From the NCBI GenBank assembly GCA_018715165.1, contig DVMC01000066.1:15050-79049 (forward strand): 64,000 nt of DNA. The letters are read 5' to 3'. A program made the translations under genes and the position numbers. Under the pieces are notes generated by a model that saw only the letters and a list, made by a program, of their open reading frames with translations, was not told where the DNA came from and made no database searches. The stretch is from Candidatus Limiplasma pullistercoris. GTDB taxonomy: Bacteria > Bacillota > Clostridia > Christensenellales > Aristaeellaceae. Position 1 is the first letter of the stretch; each line of letters begins with the position of its first letter. This document shows, one piece after another, positions 1 to 8,066 of the stretch.

Positions 1-20
1 AACAAATTCGAAAAGCAACA

Positions 21-48
21 GAAAAACCGCCTTTCAGCGGTTCTTCTT
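21..48 (+). terminator. Weak terminator-like hairpin at the end of an upstream gene that is out of the window
   Basis: gaaaaaccgc/ctttca/gcggttcttc forms a stem with one mismatch and is followed by a pyrimidine-rich tail. There is no clean U-tract. Confidence 0.3.
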
Positions 49-140
49 CCAGCTATAGTGTTGTCCTTGATTTTGGTAATACTCAACGTTCCATCACGTC
101 TACCAAAACCCTAAAGTTATATTACTTCAATGTTTCGATT

Positions 141-1013
141 TTGTCAAGAAGGGAGTTGCTCTTACTAATGAAAAAGAATGCTATTGCTCATCCCCCCATT
201 GCAAAGAAACAACTTACTGACATTCAAGATTTGCTTTCATTTTCAACTTTTCAAGACCTATATCGTATGCTTAATCGTCTTGAATCAATGGCTATTGTTG
301 AAAATTGGAAATATAACATCCCACGTCCCGAGGCACGTAATACTCAAAACCCAATTCTTGAAAACTATATTCACCATACGTTTCGGCGGCTTATAGCTGA
401 GTTTAAATTAGCAAAGACGGAGGATGAGCGTCAAAAGATTATATACACCGATGCTAATCTTGCTTGTTTTAATACGGGCCTTTTTACAAAAAACTATAAT
501 ATGATTTATGCCCTTTTTTATCCAAATACCTCTTCTTACCAGCAACAACCTTATTTTTGCTATGGATTTGTTGAAGAATCTGATCCTAAGCTTAATAGCA
601 TAATACAACTTCCAAGAAGAGCAAACTACTTTTCTCATATATCCGAGTTGCTTTACGATACTTCTTTGCCATTAAGATCGAATATAGAACATATCCTGCA
701 AGATAACATTTCTCGTTTTCCTCAAGAATTACAACAAAATCTTACCCAACTCACCATTCTGTTTAGAGGCGCTATTGATTTAGCTCAAAAAAGAGTTCAA
801 GCAAATTATAAGATTGCAGTCCCAACTTATTATCGCGGAGAAATATGCCTCCTTCTTCCCATATGCCTCTATGACCCAAACATTACAGATCTTGCACTTG
901 CCATCAAAAAAAATAAAGGATTTTACACAGCAAAGACCTGCCTCACTCTTGACATGGCTTATAACGATGCAAGGCTTATTGCAAAACCAGATAACGATTG
1001 GTTGATTCCATAG
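141..1013 (+). CDS. DUF3825-like protein of unknown function, AT-rich and probably foreign
   Basis: 290-aa ORF. An alternative ATG lies at 168, downstream of aGAAGGGAG. The C-terminal stretch AVPTYYRGEICLLLPICL...LALAIKK...YTAKTCLTLDMAYNDARLIAKPDNDWL matches my recollection of the DUF3825 signature. Composition differs strongly from the rest of the window. Confidence 0.6.
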   Translation: MSRRELLLLMKKNAIAHPPIAKKQLTDIQDLLSFSTFQDLYRMLNRLESMAIVENWKYNIPRPEARNTQNPILENYIHHTFRRLIAEFKLAKTEDERQKIIYTDANLACFNTGLFTKNYNMIYALFYPNTSSYQQQPYFCYGFVEESDPKLNSIIQLPRRANYFSHISELLYDTSLPLRSNIEHILQDNISRFPQELQQNLTQLTILFRGAIDLAQKRVQANYKIAVPTYYRGEICLLLPICLYDPNITDLALAIKKNKGFYTAKTCLTLDMAYNDARLIAKPDNDWLIP

Positions 1014-1028
1014 AAATGGAGGCGCGCC

Positions 1029-2666
1029 GTGAACATCGCCATCTACCCGCGCAAAAGCAAATTCTCGCCCACCAGCGAATCCATCGCCAATCAGGTCGCC
1101 ATGTGCCGCGAATACTGCGACCGCTGCTTCGACGACCCGCATTATCTCGTCTATGACGAGGACGAGGGCTTTTCCGGCAAAAGCACCAACCGTCCGGCCT
1201 ACACGCAGATGATCGAGGACATGCGTGCCGGCAAATTTCAGGTGCTGTGCTGCTATCGTCTGGACCGCATCAGCCGCAATGTGCGCGATTTTGCCGAGCT
1301 GCTGGACGATCTTCAGCGCCATAACATCGCCTTTGTCTCCGTCCGCAACAACTTCGACACCTCCACTCCCTTTGGCCGGGCCATGGTGTATATCTCCTCC
1401 GCCCTGGCACAGATGGAGCGGGAGACGCTGGCCGAGCGTGTCAAGGATAACCTGTACGAAATGGCCCGTTCCGGCCGCTGGCTGGGAGGGGTCACTCCGC
1501 TGGGCTTTGTGGCCAAAGCGCAGGAGGTCCACCGGGACGACAAAAAGCGCAAGCTCCTCATGCTTTCGCCCGTGGAGGAGGAGCTTGCGCAGGTGCGTGA
1601 TCTGTTTGACCATTTTCTGCGGTTGGGCAGCGTGACCAAGCTGCTCCAGTATTGTCTGGAACACCGCATCGTCAGCCGCAACGGCAACGACTATTCCCGT
1701 ACCACGCTGCGCCTGCTTTTGACCAATCCCGTCTACTGCACCGCCGACGCGGAGGCGTGGGCGTATTTTTCATCCGGTGACTACCAGCTCTGCGCCCAGC
1801 GGGAGGATTTTGACGGCGTGCGCGGCATTCAGCCCTTCGCCCGCACCCGCAAGGACGATGGCGGCACCGTCTCCCGACCGACTAGCGACTGGATTATCGC
1901 GCCCGGACTGCACCGCGGCGTCCTTCCGGGCGCCATATGGGTGCGCGCCCAACAAATCCTTCAAGACAACCGCGATCTGGGCAGCGCCTACAAAGCCCCT
2001 CGCACCGAAAACGCGCTGCTTTCGGGCGTCATCCGCTGCGCCGGCTGCGGAGCATACATGCGGCCCAAGGCCTACGGCAAACCTCTGCCGGACGGCAAGC
2101 GCCGCTTCAGCTACGTGTGCCTGACGAAAATCGACAGTTGCGGCGCGCGCTGCGCCATGCCGAATGCCCCAGGCCGCGACGTGGACGCCTTGGTCATTAA
2201 AGAACTAACCAGCCTTACCTCCGACGGCGGCGCCATCAGCACGCTTCGCAGCGAAGCCCGCCTTGCCCAGGGCGAGGCGCGGCGCACGCATGCCGAAGCC
2301 GTGGCCACGCACGAAAAGGCCATCGCCTCCATGCAAAAAAAGGTGGACAAGCTGGTGGACGCGCTGGCCACCGGCGCGCCGGAGGGGGCCCGCCAGCGCA
2401 TCCTGTGCGAAATCGACCGCTATGAGCAGGAGATCGAGCAGCACCGCGACGCGCTGAGCGAGCTCAACGCCTCCGTCCTGCTCGACGCCGATCCCTCCGC
2501 CCTCCTTGACGCCGCTTTCTCCGCGCTGGAGAGCTTCCGCACCAGCTTCTCTTCCCTCACGCACGACGAGCAGCGCCGCGCTATCCGCGCCCTGGTCGAT
2601 CGCATCACCTGGGACGGCAAAAACGTGTCCATCGAAGTATTCGGAGAAAAAACGCTCCCAAAATAG
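1029..2666 (+). CDS. Large serine recombinase (resolvase/invertase N-terminal domain, recombinase domain, zinc ribbon, coiled coil)
   Basis: GTG start 6 nt after GGAGG. The N-terminus IYPRKSKFS..SESIANQ is the catalytic Ser motif typical of clostridial large serine recombinases. It also has CYRLDRISRN, a zinc ribbon (CAGCGAYMRP...YVC...CGARC) and a C-terminal coiled-coil region. 545 aa. Confidence 0.9.
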   Translation: MNIAIYPRKSKFSPTSESIANQVAMCREYCDRCFDDPHYLVYDEDEGFSGKSTNRPAYTQMIEDMRAGKFQVLCCYRLDRISRNVRDFAELLDDLQRHNIAFVSVRNNFDTSTPFGRAMVYISSALAQMERETLAERVKDNLYEMARSGRWLGGVTPLGFVAKAQEVHRDDKKRKLLMLSPVEEELAQVRDLFDHFLRLGSVTKLLQYCLEHRIVSRNGNDYSRTTLRLLLTNPVYCTADAEAWAYFSSGDYQLCAQREDFDGVRGIQPFARTRKDDGGTVSRPTSDWIIAPGLHRGVLPGAIWVRAQQILQDNRDLGSAYKAPRTENALLSGVIRCAGCGAYMRPKAYGKPLPDGKRRFSYVCLTKIDSCGARCAMPNAPGRDVDALVIKELTSLTSDGGAISTLRSEARLAQGEARRTHAEAVATHEKAIASMQKKVDKLVDALATGAPEGARQRILCEIDRYEQEIEQHRDALSELNASVLLDADPSALLDAAFSALESFRTSFSSLTHDEQRRAIRALVDRITWDGKNVSIEVFGEKTLPK

Positions 2667-3151
2667 CGGGGGCGTTGCCGTCGTGGAAAGGTAGGTTTAT
2701 CCACCGTAATCACGCCCTTGCCGATGTACTCTACACAGCGACTATCCACGAAGAGGATGTCGATGGGCACGTCGATCTTGCAGCGCACGCGGGCGAAGCA
2801 GGGACGGTCGCACAGGCGTTCCACGGACAGGTTGCGAATGGTGCCTTCCGTGGTGGTGGAGCGGCAGCTTTCGAACGTGATGGGCGGTACGGGCGGGCTG
2901 GTGGGGGGCACGGTTTCGGTGTTGTCGTCGCAGCAGCAGTTGCAGCTGCAGCAGTTGTTGGCCACCATGGCGTAGCTGGTGATGGTTACTTCCTTGTCAT
3001 CCAGCTGCTCCTGCTGCAGGCAGCTGTCGTATACGCGCTTGACCTGCACGCATACCTTTTCCTGCAGTCCGTCCAGCGCGCTGCCATTGGTGATGGTGCC
3101 GGGGCAGCAACAGGGGTTGGCGTTTTTGTAAGAGTAAAAGGACATTGGCAC
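2420..3151 (-). CDS. Cysteine-rich protein (about 16 Cys in the first 160 aa), possibly truncated or split by the recombinase-bearing element
   Basis: Good SD (AAGGAGG, then 7 nt, then ATG at 3151). Cys clusters are present (NPCCCPG, NNCCSCNCCCDD). After ...GVITVDKPTF (about 2680) the frame continues as Arg/Ser-rich antisense of the recombinase gene until a stop at 2420. Confidence 0.55.
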   Translation of the reverse strand: MPMSFYSYKNANPCCCPGTITNGSALDGLQEKVCVQVKRVYDSCLQQEQLDDKEVTITSYAMVANNCCSCNCCCDDNTETVPPTSPPVPPITFESCRSTTTEGTIRNLSVERLCDRPCFARVRCKIDVPIDILFVDSRCVEYIGKGVITVDKPTFPRRQRPRYFGSVFSPNTSMDTFLPSQVMRSTRARIARRCSSCVREEKLVRKLSSAEKAASRRAEGSASSRTEALSSLSASRCCSISCS

Positions 3152-3265
3152 GCCTCCTTCTTTGTTCGTCGGCCGCAGGGAGGCTTTGGCATGGCAGCGT
3201 CCCTTGCGCCGTTCACTGATACAGTATGACGGCGGGACGGACGCGTGCGGAAAACGTTTTGGCTT

Positions 3266-4216
3266 TCAAACTTCTTTTGGCAGGATGCGCTCCACGGTAT
3301 ATCCCATCTCCTCAAGGCAGGTCAAGACGCTGTCTCCGTCAAGCACCAGGTGCAAAAGGCCCAGGGTCACAAAATGCGTCTCCCCCGTCTCCAGCCATTC
3401 GGCCATCCGGCGGGCCATGCGCGCGTTGCGGTCGGTCACCAGCGCGGCGTGATATTCCCTGGCCAGGGCCTGATCGGGTTCGGCGGCCATGCCGTCCAGG
3501 TAGGCGGATGCAAAGGCCTCCACGTCGCCCGCGCGCCACCAGTCGGGCCATAGGTCGATGGATGCATCCATGCCGGTGGCGCTCTCCGGCTCCAGAATCA
3601 CACGGCAGGTGGAACATAGCAGGGATTCCTGGAGCGCAGGGCTCAATCCGTCCAGCACCTCCAGTTCGGCGCGCGTGTCCTCGAGCCAGGCCTGAGGCTT
3701 ATTGCCGCCCAGCTTGCGCACCTGCTCCTCCACGCCAAGCGAGACGGACGCTTTGCTTCCCTTCGCCCCCAGCGTAGCGGCCACCGCGCCGGTGTTGAGC
3801 ATGCTCATCACGGCCCAAGGTTTAAGCGCGTCCAGACTGTCCATTTGGTAGCCCGCCTGCCGCGCCGCACGGACCACCAGCGCGTAGGTGTCCGCGCTCA
3901 CAAGGCTCTCCAGGCTTTCGCCCTCCGGACAGCACATCAGCTCCCGATAGGCGGCCTGTGCCTGCGCGCTTTGGGTGTCGCACTCAAAGGCCAGCACATC
4001 CGCGACTTCCAGCGCATCCAGAATGTGCTGCCCCATGGGGTACATCTCCTCGCTGCCCACATGGATGCTGCCCAGCAGATACAGCTCGCTTTTTCCACCG
4101 GTCACGCGGTACAAAAGGCCAGCGCTCCCTTCCCTTTGCGGGGCGCAGCCGCCAGCGCCCAGGGGCAGCAGCAGTGTCAGCGCAAGGGCGATCATCCTTG
4201 TCCCCCTTCTTCGCAT
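3266..4216 (-). CDS. TraB/GumN family lipoprotein
   Basis: SD GGAGGAA lies 7 nt before the ATG. There is a signal peptide with a lipobox (LPLGAGGC). The family-typical motif ELYLLGSIHVG is present. Confidence 0.85.
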   Translation of the reverse strand: MRRRGTRMIALALTLLLPLGAGGCAPQREGSAGLLYRVTGGKSELYLLGSIHVGSEEMYPMGQHILDALEVADVLAFECDTQSAQAQAAYRELMCCPEGESLESLVSADTYALVVRAARQAGYQMDSLDALKPWAVMSMLNTGAVAATLGAKGSKASVSLGVEEQVRKLGGNKPQAWLEDTRAELEVLDGLSPALQESLLCSTCRVILEPESATGMDASIDLWPDWWRAGDVEAFASAYLDGMAAEPDQALAREYHAALVTDRNARMARRMAEWLETGETHFVTLGLLHLVLDGDSVLTCLEEMGYTVERILPKEV

Positions 4217-6504
4217 GTCGGTTCCTCCAATCTTCGCACGGCCGGGGCGATGTCCTCATCCCATAGCTGCCAGCTTGCGGGCAGCAGCGCCGTATACGCG
4301 GGATCATAGTAGCGTCCATCCAGCAGCAGCACGATGCCCCTGTCGCTTTCGGAGCGGACGACGCGCCCCGCGGCCTGGAGCACCTTATGCATGCCCGGAA
4401 TACGGCAGGCATAGGCGAACCCGTCGCCAAAATGCCGCTGATAGCAGGCGCGCACAGCAGCCAGCCGCGCGCTGGGCACGGGCAGCCCCATGCCGATCAC
4501 CGCCGCGCCGATCAGCCGTTCGCCGGGCAGGTCGATGCCCTCGCTGAACAGCCCTCCCAGCACACACAGGCCCAGCTTGGGGCCTTTTTCCTTTTCGAAG
4601 GCGCTAAGAAAGGCGGTCTGTTCATCTCCCTGCATATCGCGGCGCTGCACCAGCAACGGCGGCAGGTTTTCCATTTTCTTCAGGCAGTCCAGCACCAGCG
4701 AAAGATAGGCATAGCTGGGAAAATAGGCGATGTAGCTACCCGGGCGGGCGGCCACCAGCTCGCACAGCGCCCCGGCGATCTGCGCCGCGGTACCCTTCCG
4801 TCGGTCGTAGGCGGTATTGACGCGCCTGCGCACCACCATCAGGTTGCGTGGGTCAAACGGCGAAGGCAGCGCAAAGCACGCGTCCTCCTCCTCGCCGCCC
4901 AGCAGCCGCTTCATGGCGGGCAGAGGCGTCAGCGTGGCCGAGAAGAAAACCGCGCCCCGCACCCCACGCGTCACGCGTGCGATCTCCTTGCCGGGCAGCA
5001 GGCAGTACAGCGCGAGCGTCCGTTCCCGTCCCCGGCCTTCCAGCAGCACGGCGTAGTCCTCATCCAGATGCTCCGCCGCGTAGCGAAAGGCCATGAGCAT
5101 GCGCGTCGCGTCCATCGCTTCCGCGCCCCCGCCCCGCGCCATGAGGGCCAGGCCTTGTGCCAGCGCTTCATTCGCAGCCTGTACGATATCTTCCGGCAGC
5201 GCGTCCAGCTCGCACTCAAAGGGGCCGGCTTCTCCCTCCCCCAGCGCGCGCAACGCCCGAATCAGCGCCGTCAGCGCGCGGTAGTATGGTGTTTTGCGGC
5301 CCGCGCGCTTACCATGCTCCGCGCGCAGACGGGCCAGTTCCCGGCTGTCCAGCGCGCCGGACAGGCTGTCGCGCACACGTTCCACAGCGTGATGCGCCTC
5401 GTCCACCAGAAGGGTCAGGTCCCTTCGCCGCTGAAACAGCCGCTTGACCTGCGCAAAGGGGTCAAAGGCGTAGTTGAGGTCCATCAGCACCACATCCGCC
5501 AGTTCCACCAGCGCGAGGGCCAGTTCAAAGGGGCATACGCTGTGCCGCTCCGCCGCCCGGATGATGCGCTCGTCCGTCCATACCGCATCCCGGCAGGTCA
5601 GCAACTCGTCCACCGCCTCCCCCTGACGCAGGTAATGCCCCCTGGCGCGGGGGCAGAAGTCCGGGTGGCACCGCGTCGGGGCGGGGCAGAGCTTTTCCTT
5701 GGCGGTGAGCACCGTGCAGCGGGCCCGCATGCCCTGGCCGTACATGCGTTCCAGCGCGTGAACAGGGCTCTGACGGGCGGTGTTTCGCGCCGTCAAGTAC
5801 AGCGCCTTGCCGGTGATTCCCTCCCCCAGAGCCTTCAGCGCGGGATACAGCACCGCCACGCTCTTGCCCGTACCGGTGGGCAGGCTGGCGAACAGCCGCT
5901 TTTTGCGCCGGATGGCGGTATATACCTGCACGGCCAGCTCGCGCTGGCCCTTGCGGTAGGCTTCGTGGGGAAAGGCGAGCGCCCGCAGGCTCTCGTCCCG
6001 CTCGCGGCGGTACGCGCTCTCGCGCAGGGCGAAGGCCGTCCATGGCTCCAGCAGCCCCTTGAGGGCGGCGTCCAGCTCGTCCCGGCCCAGCGTTTCCTCA
6101 TGGCGGGAGAGCGGCTCCCCCGCCTCGTTCACATAACAGACGCACAGCCGCACCTGCCCGCAGGGCTTTTCCTGCGTAAGCATCGCGCCGTAGCACAGCG
6201 CCTGGGCCCGGTGTTCCGGCAGCGGCTCCGGGCGCGCCTGGGCGCTCAGCTTGATCTCCTCCACAAAGGGCACGTCGCCGTCCTCAAACAGGTCCATGCG
6301 CCCATAGACCGTTACTTCCGCGCCCAGGCACAAAAAAGCATGGCGGATGACCTTTTCGCTTTCACCCTCTGCTTCGGCCTGCCGCGCCCGGTGCGCCCGT
6401 CCGCCGGCCAGCATGCGCTCCGCATCCTCCGCAGGGGTGATATCCGGCGGAAAACAGGAAAAGGCCACCAGCTCGCGCACGGAGACCCGAAACGTTTCTC
6501 CCAC
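4192..6504 (-). CDS. DinG/XPD-like ATP-dependent DNA helicase with an N-terminal PD-(D/E)xK nuclease module
   Basis: GTG start after AAGGAGGG. N-terminal nuclease motifs: GRMDLF...VEEIKL...QALCY (D, ExK, QxxxY). Walker A is LPTGTGKS and the DEAH box is LLVDEAHH. A Cys-rich insert (CPAPTRCHPDFCPRARG) is typical of an Fe-S helicase. The gene overlaps the TraB start by 25 nt. Confidence 0.85.
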   Translation of the reverse strand: MGETFRVSVRELVAFSCFPPDITPAEDAERMLAGGRAHRARQAEAEGESEKVIRHAFLCLGAEVTVYGRMDLFEDGDVPFVEEIKLSAQARPEPLPEHRAQALCYGAMLTQEKPCGQVRLCVCYVNEAGEPLSRHEETLGRDELDAALKGLLEPWTAFALRESAYRRERDESLRALAFPHEAYRKGQRELAVQVYTAIRRKKRLFASLPTGTGKSVAVLYPALKALGEGITGKALYLTARNTARQSPVHALERMYGQGMRARCTVLTAKEKLCPAPTRCHPDFCPRARGHYLRQGEAVDELLTCRDAVWTDERIIRAAERHSVCPFELALALVELADVVLMDLNYAFDPFAQVKRLFQRRRDLTLLVDEAHHAVERVRDSLSGALDSRELARLRAEHGKRAGRKTPYYRALTALIRALRALGEGEAGPFECELDALPEDIVQAANEALAQGLALMARGGGAEAMDATRMLMAFRYAAEHLDEDYAVLLEGRGRERTLALYCLLPGKEIARVTRGVRGAVFFSATLTPLPAMKRLLGGEEEDACFALPSPFDPRNLMVVRRRVNTAYDRRKGTAAQIAGALCELVAARPGSYIAYFPSYAYLSLVLDCLKKMENLPPLLVQRRDMQGDEQTAFLSAFEKEKGPKLGLCVLGGLFSEGIDLPGERLIGAAVIGMGLPVPSARLAAVRACYQRHFGDGFAYACRIPGMHKVLQAAGRVVRSESDRGIVLLLDGRYYDPAYTALLPASWQLWDEDIAPAVRRLEEPTCEEGGQG

Positions 6505-6531
6505 GGCTGTGGCCCTCCTTTTTTTCCTCGG

Positions 6532-7215
6532 TCAATCCCTGCGGTCGCGTGCGATGATGAGCAGGCGCACCAGCTGCAAAAGGCTGCTGATGGCGGCCGC
6601 CACATAGGTCAAGGCCGCGGCATTGAGCACCGCGCGCGCACCGTCCATCTCGTCCCGGCTCAAATAGCCCTGCTCTTCCAGCACGCTGAGGGCGCGGCCG
6701 CTGGCATTGAACTCCACCGGCAGCGTAACCAGCGCAAACACCAGCGTGAGCGCAAAGCAGGCGATGCCCACATAGAGCAGCGGTTCCCAGCTGAACACGA
6801 GGCCCAGCAGAAAGATGGGGAAGTACAGGTTGCTGCCCAGATTGACCACCGGCACCAGCGCGCTGCGCAGCTTGAGAGGCGCATAGCCCTCATGCTGCTG
6901 CATGGCGTGCCCGCATTCATGCGCCGCCACGCCGATGGCGGCCACGCTGGTGGAGCCATACACGCCGTCGCTCAAGCGCAAGGTGTTGTTTCGCGGGTCA
7001 TAGTGGTCCGTCAGGTTCCCGGAAACCGTCCGCACGCTCACCTCTCCGCAGCCGCTGCGGTTGAGCATCGACCGGGCGACCTCCTCCGCGCTCATGCCGT
7101 TATGCGCGTGCACGGCGCTGTACTTCTTGAAGGCCGACGATACCCGCATCTGCGCCCACAGTCCCAACAGCAGGCCGGGAATCACAAAAATCATGGTCCA
7201 ATCCCAATAGAACAT
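6532..7215 (-). CDS. YugP-type zinc metallopeptidase (membrane)
   Basis: MFYWDWTMIFVIPG... N-terminus, HECGHAMQ zinc motif and C-terminal transmembrane segments. The ORF is open to 7263, but the family-typical start is the ATG at 7215. Confidence 0.85.
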   Translation of the reverse strand: MFYWDWTMIFVIPGLLLGLWAQMRVSSAFKKYSAVHAHNGMSAEEVARSMLNRSGCGEVSVRTVSGNLTDHYDPRNNTLRLSDGVYGSTSVAAIGVAAHECGHAMQQHEGYAPLKLRSALVPVVNLGSNLYFPIFLLGLVFSWEPLLYVGIACFALTLVFALVTLPVEFNASGRALSVLEEQGYLSRDEMDGARAVLNAAALTYVAAAISSLLQLVRLLIIARDRRD

Positions 7216-7368
7216 GGATGCTCCTCCTCGCTGGGCCGCTCTTGAGCGGCCCATGCTTAGCATACACCATTCCCACGGAAATTCAACCCGCCTGGCGCCG
7301 AAATGTCGTTTTTGCGCCGCGTATACCTCAACCTGCCCGCGGGCAGGCTATACGCGGGAGGGATGCGT

Positions 7369-8007
7369 ATGCTCCGAAGGCTTCATCCGCGGCGTTCCCT
7401 GTGGCTGAACGCTGCGTTGGCCCTGATCTTCGCGGCGGCTTTTTTTCTGGTGTTGCTCTGGCCGCTTCGTTCTTTGGGCGCTGCTGTTGAATATACCCCG
7501 GAGGAACGCTCCCTGCTTGAAGCCCTCGAAAGCGGAGAGATCATCCGCCTGCATGTGCTGGCCGACGGCGACGATGCGGAGAGCCAGCGCGTCAAGCTGT
7601 GCGTGCGCGACGCGCTGATCGCCGCCTTCGGCGAAATGCTGCTGAACGCCTCCCATGCCGACGCGGACGCGGTATATGAAACGCTTTTGACCCATGTGGA
7701 GCAGATGGAGGAAGCGGCGCTTGCCTGCGCCCGCGAAAACGGCTTCCACGGTTCCGTGACCGCCGAAGCGGGGGTTCTGGACCTGCCGCCCAAAACCTAC
7801 GGACAGGTAACGCTTCCACAGGGGAAATACCGCGCCCTGCGCGTGACGCTGGGCAGCGGCCAGGGGCAAAACTGGTGGTGCGTGCTGTTTCCCCAGCTGT
7901 GTCTGGCGGTATCCTCCGACGGTGTGGAGGCGAAGCCTGCCGCGGTGCCCGACCTGACCTGGGACGCGGAGCGCATCTTCTCCCAATGGCTGATTTTTCC
8001 CCTCTGA
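7369..8007 (+). CDS. spoIIR: Stage II sporulation protein R
   Basis: Motifs IIRLHVLADGDDAESQRVKLCVRDAL and GQNWWCVLFPQLCL are characteristic of SpoIIR. GGAGG lies 7 nt upstream of the ATG at 7369. The ORF is open from 7303. Confidence 0.85.
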   Translation: MLRRLHPRRSLWLNAALALIFAAAFFLVLLWPLRSLGAAVEYTPEERSLLEALESGEIIRLHVLADGDDAESQRVKLCVRDALIAAFGEMLLNASHADADAVYETLLTHVEQMEEAALACARENGFHGSVTAEAGVLDLPPKTYGQVTLPQGKYRALRVTLGSGQGQNWWCVLFPQLCLAVSSDGVEAKPAAVPDLTWDAERIFSQWLIFPL

Positions 8008-8028
8008 CGCGCGCAGGCGCGCAAAATA

Positions 8029-8037
8029 TGCTATAAT
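8029..8037 (+). promoter_or_regulatory. Extended -10 element (TGcTATAAT) upstream of ygiQ
   Basis: Sequence tgctataat lies 30 nt upstream of the ygiQ start. There is no clear -35. Confidence 0.4.
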
Positions 8038-8066
8038 GGTCGCATCTCAATCCATGGAGGTGCGCC

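Larger units (their letters stand above)
1..2700. mobile_element. Putative right-hand end of an integrated element (cargo gene plus large serine recombinase). The left boundary lies outside the window.
   Basis: The recombinase gene is transcribed toward a junction at about 2667-2700, which is the classic integrase-next-to-att arrangement. An AT-rich cargo gene sits directly upstream. The neighbouring minus-strand gene loses a sensible reading frame exactly where the recombinase gene ends. Confidence 0.45.

Noticed and set aside
4387-7245. 952-aa plus-strand ORF
   Set aside because: It lies antisense to the well-supported helicase and YugP genes. Its composition is Arg/Ala/Gly/Pro/His-rich, it has no SD and it has no recognisable motifs. 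This is a typical shadow ORF of GC-rich coding DNA.
7321-7350. Sigma-F-like promoter (GTATA-N15-GGGCAGGCTA) upstream of spoIIR
   Set aside because: It is a near match to GYATA-N15-GGnnAnAHTR, but it has one core mismatch. It would also place the transcription start inside the SD of the best-supported start codon, so the geometry is implausible without experimental support.
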